The notes beneath the pieces were generated by a model, which was not told where the DNA came from, made no database searches, and was given only the letters and a program-made list of their open reading frames with translations. A DNA stretch of 64,000 bases. It comes from Anthoceros angustus (taxonomy: Eukaryota > Plantae > Anthocerotophyta). Shown piece by piece: positions 11,284 to 29,435 of the stretch (positions are counted from its first letter, which is position 1; every line of letters begins with the position of its first letter). The stretch is from the NCBI GenBank assembly GCA_010909165.1, contig VJWM01000258.1, forward strand, positions 124,001-188,000. The letters run 5' to 3'. A program made the translations under genes and the position numbers.

Positions 11284-12222
11284 ATGCCGGCGCCGCTGCC
11301 TCTGCCTCTGCCTCTGCGTCTGCCTCTCCGTCTCCGTCTCCCTGCTGCTGCTGCTACCGCTGCCGCTGCCGCCCACGCCCAGCACCGGCGGGAGATGGAC
11401 GTGCCCACCTGCCTGGAGATCGGCACTGGGAGGTACCTGATTCTGGAGCTCTGCGCGGGGTGGGCGGAGTCGAGGGAGCTGGCTGGAGTCGCCCGGCCTG
11501 GCAGCTCCAGGTTCAGTCCGAGTCCGAGTCCAAGTCCCAGCCTGAGCCCGAGCCCGAGCCCGAGCCCGAGCCCCAGCCCCAGCCCGAGCACCAGCACCAG
11601 CCCCAGCCCCAGCACCAGCACCAGCACCGACGAGGCGCCCAGCGAGCGGTGGAAGGCGCTGTCCCTGTTCCTGTACCCTGGGTACCATGTCACGGGCGTG
11701 GGCCGCAGGTGCGCGGAGATCCAAGTGAACCACGACTGGGTGCTGCCGTTCGACGCCGCCAGCGTCGGGTGCGAGCTCAAGATCCCGCACCAGGGCCTCA
11801 CGCCGCAGCTGCGCTGGAAGCGCGACAAGAGCAACGAGCCCGGGGCGGCGCACGACCTCTTCCACTCGCTCTTCGACTGCCATCCGCACATCAGCACCCA
11901 ACAGGCGGAGCGCTACTGGAACACCCGCCGGGGCAGCATCTCGCTTGCCCGCGTGCGCTCGCCGCTGCGCCAGCACATCAAGGCCAGGCAGGAGAGGTGG
12001 CATCTCAGCGGGGAGACCAGCGGCTCGCTCGGCCCCGGCCTCGCCTGGGCCCTGCTGCTCGACTTCCGGGGGCATCCGGAGGGCACCGATTTCTGCACGC
12101 CGCTCGTCTGCAATCTCCTCGCAAGGCTGCGTCAGGGCGCCAAGCCGTCTCCAGATGCCCGCCGCCTGCTCACGTTCTACGTGCAGAGCTGCTTGCACAA
12201 GAGCCTCTCCATCCACGCTTAG
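11284..12222 (+). CDS. Intronless protein of unknown function with Pro/Leu, poly-Ala and (Ser-Pro)n tracts plus a globular-looking C-terminal ~190 aa; start could be upstream at ATG 11011
   Basis: The frame is open 10969-12222 and the C-terminal part has strong GC3 bias. No family was recognised. Confidence 0.65.
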   Translation: MPAPLPLPLPLRLPLRLRLPAAAATAAAAAHAQHRREMDVPTCLEIGTGRYLILELCAGWAESRELAGVARPGSSRFSPSPSPSPSLSPSPSPSPSPSPSPSTSTSPSPSTSTSTDEAPSERWKALSLFLYPGYHVTGVGRRCAEIQVNHDWVLPFDAASVGCELKIPHQGLTPQLRWKRDKSNEPGAAHDLFHSLFDCHPHISTQQAERYWNTRRGSISLARVRSPLRQHIKARQERWHLSGETSGSLGPGLAWALLLDFRGHPEGTDFCTPLVCNLLARLRQGAKPSPDARRLLTFYVQSCLHKSLSIHA

Positions 12223-12734
12223 TTAGACTGAGTGCTGCATTGCTGTAACACTTCTGAATTCTCTGTTGCTACCGTTGCCGGTGGATGGAGGCCGACTGCG
12301 ACACATCCCCGCACAGCGAGAGCGAGAGGCTGTATGGATCCATGTCTGGAATCTGCTGCTATGCCAATTCCCCTCTTCCGTGTTTGTTTGGCACATCATT
12401 TATACACTGGACGTGAAATTTGATGTCTCGCCTTTTCCTTGCCATAGCCAATTCAGTCGAAGAACTGCTGTCCATAGCAAGGCGATGCATTCTGTCCATC
12501 CCTGCTTACATCGCAGATGACAGAATCTCCGTCTTCAACCTATTTTGTATTTTGTATGTAGCGGCTCACATAAGGTGCGGCTGCTTTGCGATTTCCCCGC
12601 AGCAGTATACACTGCATGTTCCGTGCATGTCTGCACGCCTGCTGTGCGAATTCGCGACAAGCGATTGTCCCCTGTTTCTAAGTTTGAAGGCTGAACAATG
12701 TTGTGAAGGTGAAATGTGATATGATCGCGAAGTG

Positions 12735-12920
12735 CAAGTTCCATCCAAAATTCCTGGGTTTCTGGATCGTCTCATTATGCCGGTCAAGTTCCATCAAAAA
12801 AAAAGTTCAGGATTCCCGGATTCAGTGGTTCTGCAGGCCAAGTTCCATCCAAAAAGTTCTGGATTTCCGGCTTGAGTGACTTCTGGATTTCCGGATTCAG
12901 TGATTTCTGAATATCCGGAT
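12735..12920 (+). repeat. Short degenerate tandem repeat (AAGTTCCATCCAAAA / GGATTTCCGGATTCAGTG)
   Basis: Three or more visible iterations. Confidence 0.65.
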
Positions 12921-13196
12921 AGTGTGATTACCTGGCCTGCTTGCCAACAGCAACCACAGGGAGCATGGTGACGCATTCTGTCAATCCCTGCTCACAGGCC
13001 ACGTATCATAACATGATATGACACTTCTTGCTCAGCCTATAGCTCATATTATTCTTGGTCCAGTGATGCTACTCCTGTTCTAAAAATTCTGCCTGTCAGT
13101 GAGCTCTCGTGTGGCAAAACTGCAGCTACTAGGGCGGCGGGAGCTGAAGTTACGCAATCTCAGCCGGCATCCCCGAGTTGAACCTGCTCTCAATCA

Positions 13197-14451
13197 TCAC
13201 AGGCGTGACTTTCTCTGACCAGCAACGAACTGAGGTTCCCGCTCCTCCACAGGCAGCTCCAGCTCCTTCTCCATGGGAAGGAAGAAGGCGTTCACAGTGT
13301 CCTCGCTCACGTCCTCCAGTCTGGCGGGCTCCCATTTGGGAGCATTGTCCTTGTCCACCAAGATGGCCCTGCAGCCCTCGTAGAAGTCATATGACAGCTT
13401 CCCCTCCATAAACCGGGAGCTGAGCCGGAACTCCTTGGCCAGGCACTGATGCAGCGACTGCTGCCTCCCTTCCCGGATGGACCTCAGCGTGACCTTCAGG
13501 CTAGTAGGGGAGGCCTTCCGGAGCTTCCCGATGGTGGACTGCAACCACTCGTCCCCGCTACGCGCCTGGGCCTCCCCTTCCAAGGCAGCCAGAATCTCCT
13601 CCACGCTCCCCCTCGAGAAGCACCGGTCGATGGCCTCCCGCCGCACCACCTGCCACGGGCTCTGCTGCCCGACGAACACTGCATCGCAGAACTCATTGAT
13701 GGCCGTACTCACCACCTCCGCGTCCGCCTCTCCAGCCCCCCCAACCTCTCCTCCAGCCACGGCAGCCGCTGCGACGGCACGAAGTGCGTGGCCAGGCCGC
13801 AGTGCAGCAGATCCGCCCCGTCCAGCCGGTCCCCCGTCAGCCCTAAGTACTCCGCGAAATGCCCCGGGAGCCTTGTGAGGAAGTAGCTCGCCCCCACGTC
13901 CGGGTGCAGCCCCAGCGCCGTCTCCGGCATGGCGAACACCGTCCGCTCCGTCGCCACCCTAAACCTCCCCAGCATTGACAGCCCGTTGCCCCCCCCCATC
14001 ACGATCCCGTTCAGCAGCGCCACATGCGCCTTCCGCAGCGTCCCGATCAGGTAATTCAGCGCGTACTCGTCCCGGAAGAACTGCACCCCTTCTCCGGCTC
14101 CCCGCCTTCCCCAGTGATAGCACGCCCCACGTCCCCCGGCGCAGAAGGCCCGCCCAACCCCTTCATCACCACCACCCGCACCCGCTCATCCTGCTCCCAC
14201 CTCTCGTAGAACTCCCGCAGCCGCACCGCCATGCTCAGGTTCAGCGCGTTCAGCTTCCCCGGCCGGTTCAGCTCCACCGTCCTCGCCGTGCCATTCTCCG
14301 AAACCACAACCTCCGCCTCCTCCGACTGCGAATGCGAATGCGCCTGCGCCGCCATGGCCGCCGACCTCGACGGTGAAGCTCCTCCCTCGCTCAAGCTCTC
14401 GCTCCCCCGCAACAGCGCCCGCGCCAGCGTCCTGCCTCCTGCCCAGCGCAT
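13197..14451 (-). CDS. 3-hydroxyisobutyryl-CoA hydrolase-like protein (crotonase fold), intronless, apparent frameshifts in G-runs
   Basis: Motifs LNRPGKLNALNLSM, (shifted) GRAFCAGG, NGIVMGGGNGLS, FAMPETALGLHPDVGASYFL, SPTSLKVTLRSIREGR and DFYEGCRAILVDKDNAPKW are spread over three frames. The N-terminus resembles a mitochondrial presequence. Confidence 0.9.
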
Positions 14452-15110
14452 GGCTCTCGCCTCCGCCTTTCTCTCCCAGCAGGAAACATCAGCCCTAGCA
14501 CAAGCCAAGGTCTTGGTGCCCGCTGATAGATAATAAATATTAATCTTTTAGTAAAAAATTACAGCAGCCTAACGTCCACCCCATGCAATTCGTCCAGCCG
14601 CCGTCTCCTCACAAGACAAGCGCGGATCGTTGCGGCTCGATTCGCAGAGACGTCCCGCTCGCTGGCTGGACTGCAGCTGGTTTCGGACCTCTCTTTGCAT
14701 TTGTTTAGTCGGGCGGATATTCCGACACACACACACATGTGTTAGAGCTCAGATGCCTTCTACTTGGAACGGCGGCTTCCACTTTAGAACGCCATTTGGA
14801 CTGTGCGGTGAATAATTCTGGTATGTAAGGGAGGAAGGATTGTGCTGCGTCGGGTTTTCGACTAGCTCGCTATGTCACAGCGTCTGCAGCGTGCTTCTCT
14901 CCAGAGATTGCTCAATGGATTGGAGGATGCTCGGGGAAAGATTTCTAGGTTGATTGAGGATGCTTTGGGATTGTTTGTGTGTTTGGTCAGGGTGGAGGAG
15001 GAGCACATGACCGTATGTAGGCTGAGTTTGGAGGTAAGCGCGGGGAGGCAGGAGTGTGCGAGCTGGGGTCGGCTGTGAGTGTGAATTGGAGGAAGGGAGG
15101 GGAGAGTTTC

Positions 15111-18069
15111 ATGAGCGGAGCTAGCGCAGCATGGGCGAAGCCTCTGCTGCGACGGTTACTGCGCATGGTAGCGGCTCCAGCGCCTGCGCCTTGGCTTGCG
15201 CTTGGCGTTTCCATGACTCCTCCTTGCATATCGGCGCTACCGTCTGGCGCGGCGTCTGCGGGGTGGAGGATTCGAGGACGATTTTTCCACAGGAGGTGAG
15301 ATCTCTCGTACGCCTGTGACTGGCAGGAATTTTGAGTTGTCGATGTCGCGAATGGGATGCCGGTATATGCGCAAATTGCGGTAGTGCGTTGTGGTGCACT
15401 TGTTCCAGGAGATTAGAAAATATTTTATTGCCGGGTGGAGGCTGAGTGTGGGAGGGACGTGGGAGGATCGGTGGGTTGGACAATGCGCTCTCTCACTCCC
15501 TTGGAGCTTCAATTCGGAAGCGTTGGGATGTGTTCGGCAGGGTCGGCAGGGTCGGCAGGGTCGGCAGGGTGATGCAGGCCGAGCGTGCTGAGTGATGGCG
15601 ATTCCGGCGTTGGGGTCTGATTTTGGTCTCTCGAGCAACTGTAGCATGCGGTGTGTCGGGGGATCGGTTGGGTTGTGCCCCCGCATCATTCTTGGATGGA
15701 AGGATGGTTAGGTTGCAAGATTAGGGTTGCCGTAGGCATCTGAGACTGTAATCTTCCCCTCGGTGTGTCCGCATTCCTGCGCCTGCTTCCCGTACCGGGG
15801 TGTCGTTATGTCCGCTCACTGGGAAATTTGTAGAGCCAGGCTCAGCTTTTGTGCCAAGCAGGAGTCTCTAAAGTGGTCTCACGGAAATGTTTCTGTTGCC
15901 TTGGCTCTGAGGAGAAGGTACTTGCGGGGCCTCTCACGTTTCTCCCATGCGTTACTTTTTGCGTTATCTCATGGCTTTGGGGTCTGAGCGAGGCAGCAGT
16001 TTGTGGACTGATTGCAATTTTGCACCAGGTTTGGATACCGGCCAGATACTGTCTGCTGCGAACCGCAGAACCAGATGGAGTCGCATACTTTGAGCCTCAG
16101 AATACCTGTCTCCTATCCGCCTGATGTGGTCGTTGCCAACCCGGGGGAATTGGAGAGGAAGAAGAAGGCAATCAGGGCCGCTGGCCTGTCGACATTGCAG
16201 GTGCTCAGTTTCCTTTATGGTGTCTTTCTCTGTAGGCGGTGTAATGTCAGACACGTTCTCTTTTGCTGCTGGCATATCGGCCCCCACCTTTTGGTCCCTA
16301 ATACAGTTGCATTGGCGCCTGTGACTTTACGTCTAGGGAGTCTCCAAGTAGTCATTGAACTTGTGTTGGGGGGTAATGCGTTTGACAAATCACCAGCTTG
16401 GGATCTCATGGTGGGGAATCTCTTGCCTGCGTTTTGCAGGTCATTGCTGACTTTGATAGAACACTCACCAAGTATAGAGTGGATGGTAGAAGGGGCCAAA
16501 GTGAGTGAAACTTATCATTCCTGTCATGTAGTCCTAGCTCATCGTTTCTAGTGTCACGGTGGCTGCTGGACGATGTCGATGTATAGTTGTACTTGTCTCC
16601 GTTACTGCACATCAAACATTCTAAATCTACGCTGCCGTTTGTGCTGTTGGAATTGGTCCGAGTAGGTTCTCATGCCCTTCTCTGCCAAGGAAATGTGGAG
16701 TACGATATAAAGAGGCAGCAGCTGTATGATCATTATTACCCTTTGGAGATATGCCCGACTATTCCAACTGACCAGAAAACTAACCTCATGGAAGAATGGT
16801 AAGATCTGTTGTCAATGGAATCCTTGGTGTGATTTGTGTACCATGTCTCTTGGTTGCTGACGGTCGTCATTCTGCTCCAGGTGGGAAAAGTCTCACGGTC
16901 TTCTGTTGGAGGGCGGTCTTAATTTTCGTAATATAAAGTGCTCTGTAGGAAATGCTCATATTGCCTTTCGGGAAGGCTTGTCCGAGCTATTGGAGATTCT
17001 TGACGTAAGTGGGATTTGTCTACCGTAGGTTTGCTTTGTGTGTAGACATGTCGCTTGACTGATTGGGTCTTACTGGAATGTGAAATGTGTGTGCTGCTGA
17101 ACTTGGGAGTAAGGAACGCAGCTGACCTGTTATCGTGTTTCTTGAGCAGGCCCAAGGCGTTCCATGTCTTATTTTTTCAGCTGGCCTCGCGGACATCATT
17201 GAAGAGGTATTTCTTGCATTTTGCGTCCAAACCAAGTATGCGTGGTGCATTGTGGGAGTAGATATCCTAGTTGTGGAATTTGTGACGAGACAGATTACTG
17301 GCAGTGCCCTTGGACCAGAACAACTCACAAGCAACCGGCTTTTGGATTAGGTTATGCGTCAAAAACTGCATCGAATCTTTGCCAACATCAGAGTGGTGTC
17401 CAATCGGATGACCTTCGATGAGTTAGGAAACCTAACTGGTTTCAAAGGTGAAGAATCAACTGAAGTGGAATTGCATCTTGTTAATCGCTAAGTTTGATTT
17501 TCTTACGCCGTTTGTTTGCATGTGCCAGGCCGTACCATTCATGTTCTGAACAAGAATGAACATGCCCTGGAGATGGCAGGGCCCCTGCACGATGAGCAAG
17601 GTCATCCTGTGGGACCTGAGAATGAGAACGGTGCCAATGTTGTGAAGGGAAGAACGAATGTGCTGCTACTCGGTGACCATCTAGGAGATCTGGGAATGTC
17701 GGATGGCGTCAATTATGATAACCGAATTTCCGTAGGGTTCTTGTAAGTATCTCCTCCTCGTGGTCTGATTTAAAAAAGTTTGGCAGCTCAGGTCTCCCCT
17801 AAGTAACCATCTTCTTTGGCACGTCAGGAACGAAAACGTGGAGAACTGGCTGGAGACTTACAAGAAGGCGTTTGACATCGTCGTCCTGGTTTGTATCTAG
17901 ACTAGATTCATCACTCGTCTGGCCGAGGATTGCTACGTGGGTGTGTGCTGCGTTGCCAAGTATTTGAGCTAGATGCTGACAGCAGCATCTTTCGTCTCGT
18001 CCTTTCCTTGGACAGAATGATGGACCTATGGACTGCGTTGTGGAGCTGCTGGAAGAGCTGAGCGCCTGA
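15111..18069 (+). CDS. Pyrimidine 5'-nucleotidase / cytosolic 5'-nucleotidase III-like (HAD superfamily), ~10 exons
   Basis: HAD motif VIADFDRTLTKY, plus YYPLEICPTI, WWEKSHGLL, IFSAGLADIIEE, IHVLNKNEHAL, NVLLLGDHLGDLGMSDG and the terminal NDGPMDCVVELL. The first exon is less certain. Confidence 0.9.
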
Positions 18070-19424
18070 CGACGGTGGAAGGCCACAATCTACGTCAGTA
18101 CCTCGCTTCCTGTCCCTTGTCTCATTCCAGGCCACTCACTACTTTGAGGGAAGTCCGATTGAAAGCTACACGTCTAACACTACAGGTGTGTACGTATATT
18201 GCACGCAGAAATTCCGTCAGGGCAGGAGCATGCTCTGAACCACTCACCAAGCAGATGCCCGAGACTGACAGACGTACCATTGCTTCACACAATCACGCAG
18301 ATGACACGGGATGTTTCTGTCCCGGCTGGCGGTGCAGAGCCGGGGAATAGGACATGCGTAGGCAGTCTATTTTTTATGTTCCGGCCCCAGTCAAAGTGAA
18401 TCTCTCGTCAGGCAGTGGGGTGCCTGCAGTAGAGTCTGGTCCCTTGTCATGACGCCTGTGATGGTCCACAAGAGCGCCGTGGCGTCAGCAGCAGTAGGCT
18501 GCCAGCGCCCTTGTGTCCTTTGCAGCAGCGATGAGCTTCCAACTTGAAAGCGCGTGATGTGTGAAAAGGAGGTCCGGGTCCAGACCCCCACGCAAGTGCC
18601 GCGCGGCCTCCGGTTTGGGTGTGAGCTGGCAAACTCCGCGGCTTCTTGCTGTCGCCTTCTCCGTCGCTCACACCTCGCATGGACACGTGACCCCTTCGGT
18701 CAAGGGCTCCGGCCTCCGACGGGAGGCTGGGAACGCCTTTTCACACCAAACCACAGTAGTTTCGTCGTTGCCGTTAGCTTGGGGAAGCCCGTTGAACCGA
18801 CTTGCCCGTCTTGCACTTGCGGATTCCAAAGGGTACACAGATCCCAGGAATGTGACCAGCCAATGAGCATCAAGGTTGGAGTAAATACATTACATACGTA
18901 GATATACCAAATGTAGAAATGGAGGAGGAGGAGATCCTCAGTGGGTGATGCCCAGGTAATTTCTTAACATTAGGTGAAGAGTTAAGCTATTCAGTAACCG
19001 ATGTGCAGCTTAGTCGACATAGCTTCCTAGTTTCACAGGGGCATGTTCTCTGGTGTGTTGCGGGGTGGTGTTAATGCTTTGTAAACTCCATGTGGAGTGT
19101 AGTTACGTTTGCATTTATGCTGCCGCCAGGAAGCTTCCTGGTGGCTCTATACATTGTGTAGAGCTGTCACAGGCTTGCCAGATCTGCCGTGGGGATCGTT
19201 GGCTTGCCAGTGTGTCGTCTGGACAAGTGCCTCGCTCCGCTGCGTGCGCGTGCGAGGCCGGGTCGGCCCAGAAGGCTGGCGGTCGCTTATCTGCTAGGCA
19301 CTCGGCTGCGCTGCAGTCTGTGAGGAAGAGCAAGCGCCTTGTGCTGCTCGCTCTGTGGATGCTGGATTGCTTTTCTGGTCGGGCGGGAGGCTGATTGTGT
19401 GGAGGAGGTGTGGCAGCTGCCAAG

Positions 19425-21764
<2,340 letters not shown>

Positions 21765-21930
21765 TTTGAATTGTCTGCTCGGTTCAAACAATTCTTTTGT
21801 CGATCATTCTCAGTGGCAGTGTGAACCATTTGCTGAAGGAGGTGTTCAGAAGTCCAGAACACCATTTCCACAAGTGTCACCAGCAAAAATTTGTTGAATA
21901 AAGCCAGAGTAAACTGTGTGTATCTTCTGC

Positions 21931-24752
<2,822 letters not shown>

Positions 24753-26777
24753 TAAACTGGACATTGTAAACTTATGGTGACAAATAAACACACTTGAAAC
24801 TCTTACTCGTGAGCCTTCGCACAACTGCTGAGGGATCAGTCTCAAGTGTCAGCAGACATGTTTGTCCTCCTCTTAGATCTTCCCATCAAATGCAACTGAT
24901 ATGGTCCTCTCCCAAATCCCGATTCCTCCACCACGGACTGTCCACTTGCCCATTCCTCTGATCTGTCCAACGCATTGTGGAGCAGATTCTCGGGTTGTGG
25001 GTCGTGCTCCAAATAGGGTACATACTTAGAGCGTGCAGGCATGTTACCACTTCACTCACCGGAGGCATCAAAAATTACTAAAGAAATGGTGCGCAAGGAT
25101 TCTTCACCTTTGTTTTACTTTCTGCATCAATTTATTCTGTTTGTGGTCAAGCCTTTTGGTAGACTAGAATGCTTGCAACGCCGAGTGTGGCAGCGTGAAG
25201 TGGGCGATTTTGGTGAAAAATATGAGGTGATGCGGAATACTAGCTGCTCTCAGCAGGGCATCCGGCAGGAAGGATGTACCTATGTACAAACAGCGTGAAA
25301 GGATATCTCTGACCTTGCAAGTTTATGCACCTAAGCTGTGAAGACGCATAGTCTGGATACCATTCATGATTAATAAAACACTTCAACATCTCACTCTCTT
25401 ATATCCACACTCTTTACAAGTCTCCACAAAGATCAATTGCTGACCAATCGGACCATTTAACGCAGTCTTACAATAGAGTCGTGAGGTACAGATGACAGTC
25501 TGATCATCGTCTTCTCACATAGTTGAAGACAGATTCTCCAGGACAGCATATACTGATATCCCGATCAGAAGAATGGAAAATGTGCAATTTGGTACCATCC
25601 CGTACCAATTACGCAGCATTTCGCAAAACAACCTGTAGCGTCCTCTCATTTTCAGAGAGACCGTCTCATTCTTGGAGAGACCTTACATCGTCCTGGTTGC
25701 AGACTTGACTTGGACATTTTATCGACCTCGATGATTTTAATTTGCAGGACACCAACGTAAAGGATAAAACTGCGGATTGTTATCTCATCCCAATCTAATA
25801 CACATGTATCAGAGTCTTGCAAAATTCATACACACTGTACACAGAAGTCGCCAATTGGATAAAGAGACTACAAAACTCAGAAATTTGAGGAAGCAAGGTG
25901 ACATCCACAAATTCATAGCCGACTACCCACAGTCAGATTCCATTGCGTACGTCATACGAAAAAAGAACCATGAATAGTGTCTAGCACCCTGTCGGTGACA
26001 TGTAGACGGAAAATTCTAATTGAAGAGGTGAACCGACTTAGAGCGCGGAGTGTGAAGATCTGGTGAGGGTGACTATTAATGACGCCGCTCGTTAGCTACG
26101 AGTAACGCAGCGTATCCATGTACAGCGTAGCGTTACACTCAGCTACCATGAAGACGACGTGAATCTATTCACAAGCTCCAGGACCATGAGTAGGAGCCAG
26201 TCAGCGAAGCTACTTCAGAGAGGAACACAAGCAAACAAGCGCAATGAAACACACCAGGCAGCACCACGATCTCAGATCTGCCCATTGGACACTTCACACA
26301 GCTCAAACGGTCCAGATCTTGACATAGAGTTACCGGACAGCAGATTCTACTTCGAGGATACCATCTGCACCTTGAGCTGATACAAGAGATCTGTAAGTTG
26401 CAGGAGGATTCCCAATTGGACCTGAACAGGCTTGAGAGAAGGACGACACCCTCCTCCCATGCCAATTTCAAGCCCAGTCAGGAGACCTCCTGCGCAGGAG
26501 ATCGGACAGATGATGCGCCGCCGTTGATGAACGCATACCAGAGCTCCAGACATGCGACAATTAAAGGCACCGCTGTGCGAGGAGCGCAAGATCAAGAAGC
26601 AGCAGAAGGCGAAGTGAGAAAGAGAAAGACCAAGACTTGTCGATCAACCAGACAAGTAGGCCTACTTATAGGACAACCGCGCTCTTTGCTTTGCACGCCC
26701 TCGCACGTACCTAACTGCCACCTCCACCGCCTGCGTGGCGCCCGAGGCCACAGTTACGCCATCACCCTAACGGCCCT

Positions 26778-26802
26778 TAAACCCTAAACCCTACCCTAAA
26801 CC
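26778..26802 (+). promoter_or_regulatory. Telo-box cluster (AAACCCTA repeats) upstream of UTP20
   Basis: AAACCCTAAACCCTACCCTAAACCT. Telo-boxes are characteristic of plant ribosome-biogenesis gene promoters and leaders. Confidence 0.65.
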
Positions 26803-27221
26803 TAGGTAGGAAGGACGGGTGAAGGACCCATGGACTACGAGGCATATCCGCTGATTTGTAAATCAACGAGACGCATGCCTGCTATATATGTATAGTCCGT
26901 TGACAATGGTATGGGTACATGAATGATAGAGTCTCAAGTCTGACTGCTGTCTGTGGGATTTGCAATTTTTTCAGAGGAGTATGCAGCTGCCAACCTGATG
27001 AGATGCATGCTGCAGGGTAAGCTGGAGCTCTCAATTCATCCATCTACGCACTACCCAACTGCAACAGCTTATGGGGTCGTAATTATGAACTCTGAAGCCC
27101 TTCGAGTCGGTGCATGCTGTACAGCCTTCGAGGATGAACCTGATTCTGTGCACAAGTATCTGAAGTGTTGGGTGTGAAGCTGAAATTTTCGGATTGTGGA
27201 CCTCACGTGCCTCGTCGAATC

Positions 27222-29368
27222 ATGGCGCGTGGGCCGGGGCAACCGCTCAAGAGCCTTAACAAGGGTCCTGGATCCAAGCGTTTTGTGGTACGTATGTTTC
27301 TGTTGTCCTCGTCCTCTGAAAGTAAAATTTGCCTTGGATATGGCTGAGGGAATCATATCTCACGTGGTCTTGCAACACTTTGCTGCAGTTCAAAAGCGCT
27401 GCGGAGCTGTTGGATGAGTTAGAAATCGATGTTTTTCGAAGTCTTGCTCCTGTTAAGTTTCAGCCTTCTCAGGGGTCGTCATTCTTCCATGAAAGTTTGA
27501 TTGCATGGAAGGAGCTGAATGCCGCTGCGGATTTTAATGAGGTGTATCAGCAGCTTTTCCCCATCGTGCAAACCCTTCCGCAATTGCTTCTTCACAAGGA
27601 CAAGATTGTCCAGGTCTTGATTGCTCATATTAAGATCGATGCAAGACTGTCTCTGGAGCCTATCCTAAGTCTGGTTTCCGACTTGGCTCGCGATTTGGGG
27701 CTGAGTTCCTTCCATTCTTGCAGCCTCTCCTGCTAGTGTATGTGGATTTGCTCCAGTTAGGAGGAGTTCGGGAGCCAGTTGTGTTAGGCCAGGTGTTTAA
27801 ATCGGTGGCCTCTATATTCAAGCATACGTCAGAGGCATTGAAGAAGGATATCCCGTTGGTTTTGACAGTTTCTCGGCCTCTAAGACTTTATTCTGAATCT
27901 CATGTCCAAGAGTTCTCTGCTGAAGCTGTTGGATACTTGTTTCGGAGCTGCTCTCTGAAACAGCTGAGGAAAGGAATCCGACGTATCTTTGCTGAGGTGG
28001 TGCATGATATGTCTGATGAGTCAATTACAGCGTCCAGTTGGCTGTTGAGCTTCGCTATGAAGGGTCTGCAAGTTTGCATTCCAGGGCTGAGCGAGTCCTC
28101 ACCTGTATGCTGGATTCTTCTTTGGTCGGTCCATTCCTTCAGAGGCAGGCAGGAAGGAAGGCCTTGCTGAAGGCCATCTGGGGGTGTTCCTTCATCTGCT
28201 TGAAGACATTGACCGCAACAGGCTTGAGCTGCTCTGGAGTTTCGTGACTGAGCAGATACTCAAAGACTTGTCAATCATCTCTGACATTGTTGACGTACGT
28301 CACATCAAGCTACCTGGAGCTCCACTATGTCCTTCCAGCTCTAAGTGCAGTACAGCACATGAAGATGAGCCCGCTGAGCCTGTGCTTCAATGATTCTGAG
28401 GTTGACATTGTTCAATTTAGGAGCAGGACAAGGAAACGGAGCAGGTGACTGGGGAGCCTGATGATAAGAGTTTTCACCTGACATTGCTTCTAGCCTTGCT
28501 TGCCAATATAGTGGAATTCAAGCGAGGACAATGTGTAACAGACTACAAGCCACTTATTGCCCTCGTCCCTAGACTCCTTCAGCTAAATGTCCTCTACTCG
28601 AGAACAAGAGCCCGCACAATTTCGTTTGCAGGTCCTCTTTCACTTGCAAAACTTCACCAAATGTCTCAATCAGGCTTGGCAGCTGAGATTCTGCGCTTTT
28701 GTTGGCTCTTGTAAGGAGTCATTCAACCCGGAAATACTGAGAGAGACCCTGCTCATATAGTTGTTGTTCCATTTGGGGAGTGACAATGTCTCTATCAGTA
28801 AGGGCTCATTGTTGTACTTCTTCATGTGGGTTTGTAGCCTGTCCTGAGTGAGAGGAGCCTCTAAATTGCATATGTTGGTTCTGTTGTGCAGGCTGATACC
28901 GCTTATTCGAGGATTGGTTGATCTGGGGTTGCCTCACGTTTCAACCTTTGCACCTTGGTTATTAGGTTTCCTGGATCCAAGCGTTTTGTGGACATGCATC
29001 CTGTACAGGTGCTACCGCTTGTGGTTGATGTGTGTAAGGAACTGGGTTGGCATTCTTGCCCCACCCTGCAACAGTATCCAGCTGATACAAGCGAATCGTG
29101 TCATACCTTGTGACACTCATTGGAACAGCCGTCATGCAACTTAAGAGCCATGGAACAAGGAAATTGTCAAGTGGATGCATCCTTAACAGATCCAGCGTTA
29201 CTGTGGGCTGGGCTAGAATGCTTCCATATGCATTTGCCCATGGGGAGGAACATGGAGATTTGGCCTGGGAGTATGCACCAAATTCAACAACAGGTTGTAA
29301 ATCCGCTACTGGAGAATCAGTTGATCTTAGGCTCCAAAATCTTTGCTAGGCGCAGCTCTCTGTGCACA
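27222..29368 (+). pseudogene. UTP20: Partial 5' duplicate of UTP20 with many small indels (probable misassembly)
   Basis: Near-identical to 29436-31604. It returns to the upstream sequence at the microhomology TCTGTGCACA (27145/29359/31595). Confidence 0.85.
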
Positions 29369-29435
29369 AGTATCTGAAGTGTTGGGTGTGAAGCTGAAAT
29401 TTTCGGATTGTGGACCTCACGTGCCTCGTCGAATC

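Noticed and set aside
11157-12248. Long antisense and alternative-frame ORFs (also 19115-20323, 53356-54555, 56828-57904)
   Set aside because: These are shadow ORFs of GC-rich genes, or read-through of introns and CpG-rich DNA.
26760-26802. Telomerase RNA template or interstitial telomere
   Set aside because: It is short and degenerate, with no USE/TATA Pol III promoter. It is better explained as telo-boxes.
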